Program-made: the position numbers and the translations under genes | Origin: Amphiscolops sp. MND2022 | Taxonomy: Eukaryota | NCBI GenBank assembly: GCA_964187785.1 | Contig: OZ076409.1 | Span: 50,222,001 to 50,282,000, forward strand | Length of the DNA stretch: 60,000 bases | Direction: 5' to 3' | The notes under the pieces: generated by a model | Databases searched by the model: none | Told to the model about the DNA's origin: nothing | Seen by the model: the letters and a program-made list of their open reading frames with translations, nothing else | Shown here: piece after piece, positions 1-14,100 of the stretch | Numbering within the stretch: the stretch's first letter is position 1 | Layout of the letters: each line of letters starts with the position of its first letter

Positions 1-187
1 TATTTTCGGATATTGCATCAATTTGTATTATAGTCTCGTCGACTTTATGCCCTTCTTTGGACAATCGGTTGCGCTCCCAAGTTTGTTCTTCTGTCTCATC
101 TCCTTCTTCAGTGAAGAATACTTGTTCTTCCTCGGACTCACCGGCCGATTGAACATTAACTTCAATAGGTCTGTATTCAACGTCCTC

Positions 188-2600
188 TCATATTTTCAGG
201 ATGAATTTCTCATTTGGATCCATTTTCATACGAGACAAGTAGTCCGCCGCTGTGTTGTTTTTCCCTGCAGTGTGAGCTATGATAAACTTGAACTGAATCA
301 CATAGCCACATGCATTCCAGAGTGGCGGTGGTATAACTTTTGTCTGGAAGAACCGCGTAACTGATTTGTTATCTGTGAGGATGATTATCGGTTTCGGAGA
401 TCCCCATCTTGAGTTGTCATCTTGAGTTGTGAAGGAGATAAGTCTTTGATCCATTAGCTATGGGAGCATTGGACTTTTTGGCGGAAGTAAACTTTTGGTT
501 TGGGTCGTCTTCGGTTAGAATGGCGTAACCGGCTGCCGTAAAGCTGGCATCTGACATCAGGACCAGTTGTTTGTTCGGCAATGGTTGCTTCAAGGCTAGT
601 TGGCTACACCTGTCGAGATCCCGTTAGTTTCGTTGAATTGTTGTACTAATTCCGTGGTCACTAGGAAATTATCGTCCTTTTTAAGGAGTTGAAAAAACGG
701 TACTTGTTTTTCGGATAAACTTGGGCTATAATTTCTGAAGTAATTGAGAAAACCAAGATAACGTTACAAGGCCTTCTTGGACTTCGGGAATTTTGTCTTT
801 TCCAAGAAAATAGTAATTCTTTTTTGAGGCTTAACACCTTCTGGGGTGATGGTTCGTCCCAAAAAATCAATTTCGGTAGCGCCGAAGTGGCACTTGTGCA
901 TCGTTAGTTTCAATCCAGCTTCTCTGATTCTTTCGAAGGTCGCCCTCAAGTTTTTAATAAGTTGGTCGGCGTCGCTGACTGCAATGCTGATTTCGTCGAC
1001 GTATTGGGCGCATTGATCCGCTTTGATGATTCGGTCAAGGTATTCCCTCATGAAACTGGAAAAGGCCGATAAGTCTCTAATAAGTCCCTGAGCCAATCGT
1101 CTATAGGCGAACGTCCTGCTTGCAAAGTTAAATGCTAGCATTTCTTTGGACCTCTGGTCCGCCATCCGAAGACAGTGATAGGCCTGGGAACAGTCTAGAT
1201 AGCAGAAGAGTTTCTTCCCTGCCATGTGTTGTGCGGCATCTGTCAGAGTACTGACTGGGTGGTTATTATTAATATAATCATCTGAGATGAAATTATTAGG
1301 TTTCCTCAGGTCGGTCAGTAGTCTGAGTTTGCCATTGGGTGTTTTCTGCGCGAATATGGGGCTGGCGTGTTTAAAAAATGGCAGGGTTGTAATAATGCCA
1401 TATTTGTGGAGTGATGCCAGCTCAACCAATATGTCCTCTTCTAAGTTCACTGGTGCTGGTAAACTTTGGCTGTAGGCTGGGGAATCATCCTTAGGGTTAA
1501 TTTGACTGTAAACTCTTCATTTATGCCAATGTTGAATCTGTGGCGTGCGAATATATCATGGAACTCTACCAAAAGTGATTCAATCCTTTTGCTCTCATGC
1601 TGTTGTAGCATCGAGTCCTTGCAGTCAAAGTTGCTGAAGATCTTGCGGCGAGATTCTTCGTCATCATTCGGGTTCAGTTTTTCCGCTTCTTGCAAGTTGC
1701 GTAATTCTCTGAGTATTCATTGCTGTATGGGTGTACGAGACGTTTCGTCTCCTGGTATTTCGGGTGTTGGGAACCAGTATTGTTCGTATTGGTCATTGTT
1801 CCGATTCGCTTTCAGGAGGCTGCTAATGTTTTGGATAGCATCCTCTTCATTCTCTTTTATTAAATGCCATGTAGACACTGGGTCTATTGGTCTGACATGT
1901 TTCATTTGTTCGAGAGTCAACACTGAGAAGTTTGCTATATGCAATCATTTTTTGAGCTTGTAAGGTTGATCAGTGAAATTGTTGACGCGTATTCCTATGG
2001 ACCCTTCATTTAGTGTGACTATTGCGGCGCAGAAAATTACGTCGCCTTCCTTAAGCAGAAGGTCACTAGAGTGTAGTATCCCTGTGACTGCGTTTTTCAC
2101 ATAAATTTGAGAGTGTATTGTAATGACTGCATGATCACTTGGTGGAATCGTCACATCCTCGGGGCTACGCAAAAGTTCCATGACGTTTGAGTACTTGTGG
2201 TCCGCCGTTTTTAGTTGTAGAGAAAAATTGGGAAAGTTGAGAATACCTCGGCGCATGTCCATGACTGTGTGGTTCCTTTGCAGGAACGTAAGGTGAATTT
2301 TGGGGATAGACAGTTTCTCCATTACTAAAAATATCTCATGGAATTCGATGTCTCTCACTTCGAAATTCAACTCAACGGTAGTCTTTGGGGTTTCTAAGTC
2401 TCCGTTTCCGACCATTATTTGAAATGAAGTAGCAGAGCCCTCTTTTATTATGGATTGAGGCGCTAGAAGACGTATTTTCCTGAGGTCTGCTTCAGGTATT
2501 GCACTGGAGTGGGCCCCAGTGTCTGAGGTTAGTTCTCCAAAATCCATGGGAAAATATAGCATCCGTCGTTTGAATTTAAGGCCTAGGTTTGTTGAGAGGG
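188..2600 (-). pseudogene. Gypsy pol pseudogene (aspartic protease, dUTPase-like, RT, RNase H)
   Basis: ORFs 1945-2562, 1717-1944, 1447-1695, 764-1450 and 188-454 are consecutive pieces of one pol. The catalytic YxDD is mutated to YVDE. Confidence 0.88.
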
Positions 2601-3172
2601 GGATATATGCAGGTTCTCCCTCTTTGTGACCAGAACATGCAAAAAAGTTTTTTCGTCCAAGAGATTGTTTGTGGCCTTGTGTATTTGCTGCTCTTGGTAT
2701 TCCTCTATCTTATGTTGCTAAAACGCCTCTAAATTCGTTCGCCAGTTCCATGAGGGCCCTGGACAATTTGGTATCAAGGATCGCAGGGTCCTCCTCATCA
2801 TCTGATCATCTGTTGGGAGGTAATCGTCATGTCAAAATTGCAACGTTTGTATATCGTATAGTTCATCGTTCCAACGCGTATCCTTTCCGTACTCGGGGTC
2901 GATAAACTGAGGGTTATAATCTTCGATCACTTGCAAGGGGTCAAATTGAAACTCAAAGTCTTCAGTATAATCCATGTCATAGTAGCGGTCTGGGCGGTCG
3001 TTATGTACTACTTTGTAAGTTTTGATATAAGCTTTTTCCATCTGTTGCTGCCAGACAACCGACAGGGTCCCATTAGTGTCTTTAGTATATTGGCGAAAGT
3101 CTATCATTGAAGGGTCTGATATGACATATTGTCGAACCGACATATAGTCAGGTACTTGGAGTCGTGACGAAA

Positions 3173-4566
3173 TCAGTTTTTTGGCTCAGGCTTTATAAAA
3201 GAGGATTGGTCTGAGGATGAAGCTTCGTTGCTATTAGACTTCTTGGATTTTCCTTCATCATTTGATTCATCATTAACTTTTTTGTCATTTCGGGTCCTCT
3301 TGGGCCGTAGATATGCACCAGCGCCTTGCCAACATTCTTCCGTTAGATGATTCTTTTTCCCACATGTGTCACATGATGGGTAGGTTGGGCGCTGTGGTTT
3401 CTTGCCATTTTTGTCCTTCATTTCTTTTTTCTTTTGAAATTTCAGACAATTTTGTAAAAATGGCCAGTTACCTTGCAAGAGGCGCATTAGGCTTCCTTGT
3501 TGGTGTCAATACTAGTGGACTGCAAGTTGCGGCTACTAGTAGACGCTGAGGTCATAGTAGCAACTGGTCGGTCATCTGATTCCTCAAATGCGTTAAGTTC
3601 GAGCTCTCGTTCAAGATGAGCCACAGTTTCTTCATACGTCCCATTCTCCAAACGGGCCATGTTGACAGATCGTTTCATCTTTGGCGTTAGTTTGGCGTAG
3701 AGCAAGCTGTCAACCATGCCTTTTTGCATTTTCCTCAAAAGCTTTCACGGCGCCTTGGTTCAATTCTTCTAGGAAATCAGGCAGTTTCATGGTAGTAGGG
3801 TCGAAAATGAGCCTATGCCATTTGTGCTTCGCAGTCGCTTGTGATTCCAGTTTGACATATTTTCTTCGAAATATGACCAGTACATCCACAAGAGTTTGGC
3901 GGTTGATAGAGTTTATGTTCTGGAATGTCTGCAGCGCTCCCTTTCGCAGCACAGAAAAAAAGTGGTTAATTTTCATTTGCTCGGTCACAATGGGTTGAAT
4001 TTTGATCATTGTATGAAACAGGTCCTCCAAGGGCTCAATTTTTTCGCTCTTGTTGTCAAGTGTTATGGGAGTAGTTGTAACTGGTCTAATCGTCATTGAC
4101 TGTGGTTTGTTCTGGAGATTGGCCAGAACATCAGCCAATATGTTTAATGGGTCCTGGAGTGTTGATAGCACCTCAGGCTCCGGGGCTGGCAGAGTCGTGT
4201 CCAGAGAAACTTTATGGGTCGATTCCTGTCTCTGAAGATTCGGGTGTGAGTGGACTCGTCCAGTCAGGAATTCAGGAATTTGCCGTTGGGTGTCGGTAGC
4301 TCCTGTCACCGTGTAAGGACTACTGTCCCTGGGGACTCTCAAGTCACAAGCAGACCTTGGGTCCTTCTTCGTACTTTTAGTTTTGAACCCACGGTTCCTT
4401 TCAGTATTCTCCTGACTATTAGGGGACAAACATGCCTCCGTGTCTCGATTTCTATGGATGACATTGAACTGACCATGTTCTGAATTTCTGGAATTACTCT
4501 TTTGGCTATGCCAGTGTTAATTGCCCTGTTTATTTGGCTGTGCATCATGGACATCATTGAGTTCAT
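3173..4566 (-). pseudogene. Gypsy gag pseudogene with CCHC zinc knuckle
   Basis: ORFs 4339-4566, 3710-4429, 3487-3738 and 3173-3487 are frameshifted pieces ending in Cx2Cx4Hx4C. Confidence 0.8.
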
Positions 4567-7500
4567 TCTTGTGAAACTCTGATGTTGAACGCACTAGTAA
4601 AAGTTTCCATTGTCTACTGGAGCCTATACTGACTAGGGATCATGTTCTCATGGACAAAGTGTCTGAAATCATTTTCATGAGAGTCATTTTCTCTAGACTG
4701 TCAGTTACACACAGCGTTACCACGATATTCCGAGTTTCCAATCGCATTTGGAAGTTCCCGCTCAATAGCATTGGCATTATCATTTCGAAGCATTTCGTCC
4801 AAATTTTCGAAATCGGAGATCATGTCCATTTCCCTTGACTTTCTAGCTGTCGCTTTCTGTTTTCTTGTGGAATGCATAAGAGGCTATTGCAAGAGGTAAG
4901 ACTTGAATTGTTTTAGGCTTGCAAACAAACAGTAACGAGTATTTGATAGGCTGCAACAAAAGAGTATTACAATTGTGTCCCCCTGTCCACGAGTTCCGGG
5001 TATGTATAGTATATGAGATGCATGCCTATCGAAAAATTGGTGGTCATCATTCCAAAAATAGATTATCCAAGCTAAAAATAGCTCCGTCTATTTTTAGATT
5101 AGGTTACGTCAGAACTTCAAAGATTATGCTCGCCGGCAATGGCTGGTAACATAACAAAATGACGAGCAGAGAGAGTATTACATGTATGGAAAGTATTAGC
5201 AACATTACATGTATGTCAATTATACAAGTCATGTATATGTAAAACTGGGTGCATTGGAAGTGATACTAAGGGGGAAAGGACAGTAAGTCCAGTCAGGAGT
5301 TAAAAGGGTACGTTCCTGTAATGTCTACATTTATCATGGGTAACGATTTACAACAGGTCATAAGGGCCCTATTAAATTATTAGCACAACGCTTTTCATGT
5401 TATTCATCTGATTTGGACCGGCGGTCCCATAGCCGTGATGCATCGCTTCAATTAGTTGAATGGCCGAGTACGGCCTTTTTTGTAAATGCACAAGCAGCAC
5501 AATAATAAAGATGCTCAACTCTCAATGGTTGAAATTCACTTTGGATTCGCTGTCCAAGGCGACAGGCAAATAAACATTTGAACACGTTTCCTTTGCCTGA
5601 ACGCCTTGGTGTCCAATTACAAATAATGCGTCGTATAATTACATGTGAAATTATATTGGGTGATTGCATGTTTTTACCGTACAAATTGAATAAATTACAT
5701 GAAGTTTAATCCTTCATAGGTCCGAATATTAATACTAAACTAATAGCAACAGTAAAATAATAATAAAATAGAAAATGAGTTTTAGTTTTTTATTGTCTTT
5801 TGGACAGCGTGTCCGCTTTCCTTAATCGAGGGGGATCGTACCAGGGAGAGTGTTGTAATGATTGTAGGCAATTGAATACCAGTTGCCATCGCAGGCGGCC
5901 GCCTGCGACAGGAAGTTTTCTGGCTTGTTTTGGAAACCTTTACTAATCTTAACTGGCTGTCTCAGCCACTAGGGATTATATCAATTGGGCGTTCTTTATT
6001 GAGAATTTAAAAGTATAATCGGAGCTCGAGTCGAAGTGCAATGTGAGTAACGCCAATGTTTTTTAATTTCACATTTTAATTATTGGTTGACGTATTATAG
6101 ATAGATGAAATATAATAAGACTTGATATGAATATATCATGAAAATGATGAATAATTACACGTTCCATTTGGATACAGAAAAAAAGGCAGTCAGTTTACGT
6201 TGACATGTTATGATGGTCGCGCTTAAGTATTCCCAAGTGGCTTTTACAATCAAGACGAGGAATATGAACTTCGGGCCTATGCCGGAAATCCGACAACTGT
6301 CGAAAACAGCAAAAATCGAAAATTAGCCTCAAGTTAACACAGAGGCACCCCCACCCCCCTTACACTGTGAATTGATTGCGTCGGATTATCAAACTCACAC
6401 ACTGATGTGCTGTCATTCGGCTAAGTAAAATAGAATGATGCGTTTTCATTGGCTTATATCAAGCAAGAGAGTGTTTTGTCACGCTCACGTGCATGCGTTA
6501 AAAACCTACCGCTCGTGCGTACCTAAGCAAAAATGCATTACGATTAACATTGAGATGTCGTCTCTAGAATTGCACGCCGAAACCGTAAGACAAAAATTGT
6601 CTTCTGTAACTTATCTTCTGGATCCAGGTGGGGTACTCTTTCTTCAGTCACTTCCCAAAGATTGACTTGCCACGGTCACTTCACCTAACAATAGGTAATA
6701 TTTAACAATACTGTCGAAGGTAAACCTAAAGAAGATCCTCGTTTTTACGCACTTCTTTCTCACACGCTAACATCAAATTCAGACATATCCGATGAACGTC
6801 GTGGAAAAACGTCGGGAAAAAATCGTAGTAGACTAATAATCACTAATCACCTTACCTCGAAATCGAAACACTAATTTTATAAAATCTACACCTGTATTCA
6901 TATCTTTCACTCACTAGATTTCAAATCACTCCCTCGCCCCTTCATCATTACAAGTTTTAACGTTCTGGTTCCGATTTTCGTCCGTTCCGCCTCATAAAAG
7001 GTTCTATATTCGTCGTCAACACTATTACATGTCTTGAACACGCCGCCCAATCCAAAAAACATCTTTTATGAAGGTTTTAATGCTTTCACTGCATATTAAA
7101 TCAACTCATTTTTTTATAACCCTACGTCTTCCATATATGAACTCTCTGCTCCAATAAAGATGTAAAACCAATCTATTAATCTTGTTATGACTGTTGTAAA
7201 CAATACAATTTTCGTCAATTTAGCCTGACTCAAGTTCAATTCTGTGCGCTAGCCCTTTCTTTTTCAGTTTTTGTGTTATTCCTGATGTATACATTCATGC
7301 AAAAACAAAAATTCCAAAATCTTCGACATGCGATGCTGATGTGAAAGAGAAAAATATGATTGTGCACAATCTGGATATAAATATCGCCGCTACGTCAGAG
7401 ATTGAACCTCTTCGTGATTTTAACCCAATTGATAGTAGACACGCAATTCGTCATGTTAGTGGTAGATTTCTGTTGGAACCGCTCCGAAAATAAATGAAAA

Positions 7501-10340
7501 ATATTTCGGTTCTCTTATTGTCAAAAAACTTGATTTCAACTATGACGAGAAAAGTATGCTCATAAACAAGGTTCATTCTTGATCCTGTGGCCATGATGTA
7601 AACCAACATTGACACCTTACACCATAGTTTGGTTTCCGGAAGACATATGTCTTATTGTTTCAATAATGCGAAATGTCGAAATAGCAGAATGTCGAAAAGC
7701 CATATTGTAATCTCTCTTGAAACTGATCCCTTTAAATCATAAATCATATTTTCGAAACTTCTCGCAATTCACTAATTTTCAAATTCACAACAGTTCGCAA
7801 CCTTTTCTTCATTGCCATTTCTTTATGAGTTTGGGTGATATACATTAATTTCAACTCTCTTGGGTTGGTATCGAGAGTTAGCGAATGATTTACTAGAGAA
7901 TTGGATATACTAAGAGAGCCAATTGGATACATTAATCAATTATTTCGATGGACAATGGTTAAACTTTTGATGATTACACAGAATCAGTTACTATTATGAA
8001 AGATGTTTTAATAGCCAAACGGGCACATACTATATTTTTGGTATCTCCAATAGCAATTCAAAATTTCTTCAAAAATCAGGGTTTCTCTAGTTGAATATTC
8101 TACTAAAACCATGCAAACATCTATTACTGAACATGTTTAAGTTTTTGCCTTCCAATCTCTTTTCTATAAATCACCTTGCTATAAAAATGCATGCTTTTTA
8201 GCCTTGGATTATGACGCAGTTATTAAAAACATTTTCAATATTCAAGCAGGTTTGTTATCAAAAGAGGTCTACTGTACCACCATTTATCTCTTGATTTTTG
8301 TTCAAATTTTCAATCTAGCTCAAGATCTCTTTGCAGATAGAACTATCAAACCCAACCTTTCAACTCTCGTAACAATTCACGTTATTCTGATCGCCCAATA
8401 CGGTCAACATTACCCTGCAACAATCGTTTTCTGGACTCATATTACAAATAAACGGCTTCATATAGATCTCTATATCACAGCCCTTACAGACGTTATCTTA
8501 CAGGCAAATCTTACTGATCACTCTAATAGTTGCAATTATCACGGAAGTTAACTGATTGGAAACAAATGTATCCCATACGATCACTCGTATTGGCTTTCCT
8601 CTCAAGCTCGATATAATCGAAACAAACTAAATTGAAACTCCAGCACTCATTTCAATCGAACGGAAAACTCATCCAACCTAAGCGAATCTCAAAATAAACC
8701 TCCCACGTTCGAAAATGAAACAAATCATCTCACTTCTCACACAAACCTTTCAACTCCTTTTTGCTTTTCAGTCTTCAAAAGCTCCGTAGACAAATCAGCT
8801 TGAGAAACATGTGCAATTTTCCCCAAGGGACTTGATTTTGGCCTCATTTGCAAATAGTAAGCATGCGTCTGGTTCGCAAGTAAAACTACCGGCAGGTCTT
8901 ACGCAAAATGACATCGGCCATTTGGGGGCAAGTTGCAAAGATTTTGCAAATTAATTTCTGATTTCTGAAATGAGCATTTTTATTTTTTTGGGCTAGTTTG
9001 CCATCGGTGTTTCTCCAGTGTATGCATAATGTGCACAGAATAAAAATGGCACCTTTATCTAATTGCCAATGTCATGTTAATTTACGCTAACTTGACAATA
9101 ACGTCAAAAAGCCGAAAGAAATTATTTCAAGGAATTAGGAAATCCTAAATTACATAATTAACAGTTTTTTTCTGCGAGTCTCAGTGATTCATGCCTTATT
9201 TGCCTGTTCAATATATATAGCTAAAAACAACGATTTGAGACACTAGTTGAAACTTTGAGACTGCAACGAAGTTGTCCATCCTGTTTTCACGCAAACAAGG
9301 CTGTTTTTACAGAGGACATGAAAATTTCCGAGAGCCTGCTTGAAAAAATATCGTAGCAGCGTCTACTACTTTAATCAAAATTTCTACTTCATCTCAATCA
9401 TTGTTTTCACACGTAAATTTCTCAAGTTTGCAACTTGAGTAATCACTGATAGTCAAATTGCAAGCTGAATAATACGCAACTCTAGGAATAATAACAATTG
9501 CACCGTGACTGACGTTGATTTGACTGAAACTGGCGGCAAAATTGATAACGTTTCAACTGCAATTGAAAAAGAACTGCCTCCTATCTTGTGCAAAGTTTCA
9601 ACAATCCGAACTGATGCCAAATTTGGATAGCACGTTTTAGGCAGCTTGACAAACGTCAATTGAAACGTTCACTCCTTGGACGTTTCAGTGTGAGACATTT
9701 GCATGCACTTTGAAGTTGCCATCATCTTTCATCATGATTTTCTGAACCTATTACGGAATCTTTCTGGTGAAAGATGCTCCCTGTTCCATTCGAATTTCAT
9801 AAAACCACTTAGAATACGATCCTAAATTTATGTTTTTCAATTTACATAAGGCAGCAGAATGAATTGACCTAATTCGCAAAATAATATGCAAACTTTTTCT
9901 GGGTCTCTTCAATCTTCAGCGTGCAATTTGAAAAACGGTAATTACATCAATGGAGTACTTCAGAGAGCAAAGCCTGAAACGAACGTGTTTGTGTCGGTAA
10001 CGAAGTTGGAAACTTTTTCGGTTTTAATTTGAATATTGGAAAATGCAGTGTAAATGTAATATTTTCTCCTTAAGAACATTTTGCTTGTTTGTAGACCAGC
10101 AACACGTATGAAATTTAGGCAGTTTCAACCAAGAGACAAATAAAATATTAGGTACCGTTGAGGCAACAAAACAAAATGCTTTTTATAGTGTTAATGACAG
10201 CAAGATTACTCCACAACTACAAGAAACTCCAAAAAACCTAGCCGATTTTGAAATGAGACAACTTCGTCGAAGAGAACGGGTCAATTTTTCAAAAATTGCC
10301 AGTTACGGTCGCGATAAGGGTCTTGCGGAAGCTTAAGCAC

Positions 10341-10385
<45 letters not shown>

Positions 10386-10394
10386 TGAGAGAGA
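10341..10394. repeat. (AG)n microsatellite
   Basis: Nearly pure AG dinucleotide run seen directly. Confidence 0.95.
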
Positions 10395-11178
10395 TCTGTG
10401 CAAGCCCTTTGTTGAACCTGTTTGAACTTCCAAAACAATTTTGTAGATCCCCTACGGAAAAGTTCAGATGAAACTACATCGATTTTAAAATGGAATTTTA
10501 TCAAGCTTCTTGAAAGATTCATCAAAGTTTTGGCGACAATTACAAGCTGTAAAGTTATGTAAGTTCCATTGTTCATTTCAGTTCTAATTTTAAACGCAGC
10601 TGAGAAACCAAATTTGCCGCCTTTATAATGCCCAATAAGTTCAGTCACGTTATAAACTGCAAACTAGCCTTATTTTCTGCGTGTCATTTGAGAAGCGGTG
10701 ATTACATCACATGAGTAGTTGCGAAAATAAAGTATGAAACCAAGGTGATCGTGTCGGCATGGAATCAGGAAATTTCCTCGACTAGGGAGATGACAGACAC
10801 AACGAATCAAGAGAAACGTTTGTGTGGTTACAGACTATCATTTTTTGAAAGTAAAAAGTAGTGTTATAATCCAAAGGGATCATATTGAGAACTTCTCTCA
10901 CCCAATATTTACCGAAGTTTACCTAGTTATCATTCGGAATTCCTGGTAGAGTAGATCTTTAACACGCCCACTTCAAAACTTAGAAAACTGTCACTGCAAT
11001 TCAAATTTCATTTATTCTTTTTCAACAAATACAGTTAAGTCCCATGTAAACCAAAGAATCTTTCGTTTGCATTGTAAGCTCAGTCACCAATGCATTACAT
11101 TATATCAGCTACCAATTCTCGATTGACATTCAAAGGTCAGCATGCAGTTACTTGTCATTTTTCAGCTTCCTCAGAGCT

Positions 11179-14100
11179 TCAATTCGTTTCACAGAACTTC
11201 AATCCGCCATATTTCGCATTCTCGGGCCATTCATCCAGTCGTTTGGCAACCCATTTGCTGAATGCTTGAGTTCCCACGAGAATAGCTGAAACAAAAACAA
11301 AGTTTTGATCCCTATTCAGTTACCATCTTTCAGACAATCCGCTGTAATACTGACCATAAATAACATCATGAACAATATGGTATTTTCACAGGGATACCTC
11401 AGTTTCCAATTTCGTAACCAATGGTTCACAAGTGCTTCAAGTTTTCTGGAAGTTTACTCATTCTACTCAAATTCTCAAGTGTTTTCTGAACAAATTAATT
11501 TCTATGTAAAATTGGTACAAACTACTACTCGTTTATCCTTATTTTGAATGAAGGGTTTTCTATGAGATTATCTCGATTATCAAATTCCCGATAAGTAAGC
11601 AATGTCTTCTAAACAAATTTACATGATGTTCACTAACGAGTGTCGTAATAACAGTTGACAATGATCTTGGGCCAGGGAATGACATATTCATAGACTTCAT
11701 CTGTTTTCTCAAAACAACTGGCGTAGCTGCAACCAATTTGACGGCCTTTCTGCCACATCATCTGAATGAAGTGGACGTATTTGGGAAAGTCTTCACGGGG
11801 CAGGCAATCACGAAGAACCGCTCCTTCTGTTAATGGGTTCAGGAATAACCAGCGAGTATTGAATGACGAATTTCAAAATTCTTTCAGTGCTTCACTTTGG
11901 GAATGGTTTTAAGCACTTTCATAGCAAAAAATAATTTCGAACACTTCAAGACTGAAAAAAAACAATTCAAACTAAACAGCAAGTAATAACACTAGTTAAT
12001 AAAAAGTATTATATTTGCTGATCTTTGAACTTGTTCAAAAAACTTTTTGAAATTAGTTTTCAAAAACATTGTTTTGAAATTGGACTGTAAATTTTAAAAT
12101 AGGTTTTTATCTTCCCAAGTTCATTGGTGATACCTGTCAGTGGGTAGGTGTAATATCGGATCTCTCTGTACCATTCGTCAACTGCATTTTTGGCGTGATA
12201 GCGTATGTCCTTTTCCTCATCGTAAAATGAGAAGATTCTTGTCATGTGATAGAGGTTCTCGCCAACCCAGTGCTTTTGGTTGAATTCATATCGGTGTTTG
12301 TCTTGGCAGTCGTCCTCTCCTGAGACAGAATTTGTATAGTTTAACTTCAGTTAGGCTTCTCTGAGTAGTTACCATATATACATGGTAAGTATGTATGCAT
12401 GCACACAATGATCATGTTCAATCAAAGTCTCAGAAATGCTTTCTCTGTGATTTGTTTTTGTTTGGAATGCTTTTCATTTTCGTAAGTTGACATTCGAGAA
12501 AAAAAACCTTTCGATTCACAAAAACTTTCATATGGCAGCCCAAAATCTGTCAAGAAGACGGTTCACGAAAAAGGCACCGAAGGAACACCTGGGAAAGCTA
12601 TAAGAGACACAGTCATCCTCGAAAATACCGTGTTGTGCCTTCCCGAGGCGGAAAATCTCCTGTTTGACAACAGAATCTGAAGAATTGCCCCGGAGATTCG
12701 AAAACTCTACAAAAGAAACCTGCAAATTTTGCATTTGCTAACTAGTCAAACATTGACTGAGACTGTACTTTGATGTTTCATCGGCATAGTGTAGTCTATT
12801 TGTACGAATTTTTAGGTAGCTGGCAATGTACGGTCTGCTACAGCCACTATTTTCATCGCCTTTTAGACCCAATAAAATGTATTTCAGATAAATGCCCTTT
12901 TGGACCCCGGGAGTATGTAGGAAGTACCTGGAGCGCTAGGAACCCTTTCAATATGATTGTGGGGCGTGTCTGGATTTTGAGTGTGTCAGCACGTCGCCTT
13001 GGAGCTCCGAATGGGGAGTCTTCTCAACGCTAGAAACGGTCCGCTAGAAGGCCACTTTTTGGAGAAAAGCTTAATTCTATCCTTGTAGTAAGACTATAGT
13101 CTCCAGTCAAGGCAATTTAGGCATTGTCCCAGCTCTGGTACGTTACGTTTTTTCAAGGACGTTTCATTGGTTTCAGTGTTTCATTTTATTGCAAAATAAT
13201 TTCAGTCACGTATTTAGCTGCAAACTAGCTTAATGTTATGTTGCGAATGTAATTTGAGAAGCGGGGATCATATTAGATGACTAGTTGAGAGAATGAAGTT
13301 GAATGAAACGTGATCGTGTCTGTAATGAAGTTGAATTTATATTCAATTTCAATTGCAGTAGAGGAAAATGTAGTGAAATTCTACACCATTCATCCCCGGA
13401 CCTTACTAATTTTTTCTAATTTTTCAAAGTTATTACCCTGCATGTAGGCCTGCAACATGTGAAACGTTCCAGCAGTGTTTACAAGAAATCCGAAAAGGTA
13501 CAAAAAAGCTTTTCTTTTCAGCTCTTTGAATTGTGACCTAAAGAACTAATAGTAGAGGGATCGGAAAACTAGATCACTGACTTAGAAAGTGCTAAGTTTA
13601 TTCAGTAAAACTTTTCAAACATACTTTTATTGTCGACGATGTAAAGATACGTGATACGTTTTGTGATAAGAGAGATGATAGACCGTCAAGGTTATGTGGT
13701 ATTAAATTCATATTTTGAGCCAGGTATAAACCACTATTAGTGCACTTTTTATAGACTTTTGTATCCTTTTGGTTGTCCTATGCAAAGAAACAAGTATTTT
13801 GTGGACTTTCCTGCGGGTAATAAAAGTATATCTATCCTCATTCAGGTCCATTTTACGAATCTTGTAATCCATGATTGATTTTGCGGAAGCGTTGTAGAAC
13901 ATCAGTAGGCACTTGCAAGTATACATGCGTCGCACTTTGTATATCAATCCACGAGACTTGTTAGAATTCTTTGTTACGTTTTGGATGTGGTCTTCGATTG
14001 ATATTCGTGCCTACGTACTCCAAAGATATTTGCACGAAGTTTTAATCCTATTGTCGTTTTGATAAAATTCGTTTGGAATAGGTTCGTATTTTTCTATGCA

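Larger units (their letters stand above)
1..4900 (-). mobile_element. Degenerate Ty3/Gypsy LTR retrotransposon (gag, protease, dUTPase-like, RT, RNase H; integrase lies beyond the left window edge)
   Basis: Fragmented minus-strand ORFs occur in Gypsy order: CCHC knuckle CDTCGKKNHLTEEC (3173-3487), protease DTGAHSSAI (1945-2562), RT with LDCSQAYH and YVDEI (764-1450), and RNase H LVLMSDASFTAAGY (about 480-570) plus ILTDNKSV...AADYLSR (188-454). There are many stops and frameshifts. The 5' LTR boundary is unresolved (probably about 4.9-5.35 kb). Confidence 0.9.

Noticed and set aside
23..4483. Plus-strand ORFs over the Gypsy element, and antisense ORFs over the BEL, LINE and TERT regions
   Set aside because: They are antisense shadows of real coding frames.
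4900..5352. Gypsy 5' LTR and primer-binding site
   Set aside because: Two candidate TG starts on the minus strand (5151 and 5352) exist, but there is no second LTR in the window and no clear PBS to fix the boundaries.
8812..8937. Short imperfect inverted repeat (TGCAATTTTCCCCAA and TTGGGGGCAAGTTGCA) as a MITE
   Set aside because: The match is weak, with no TSD and no second copy in the window.
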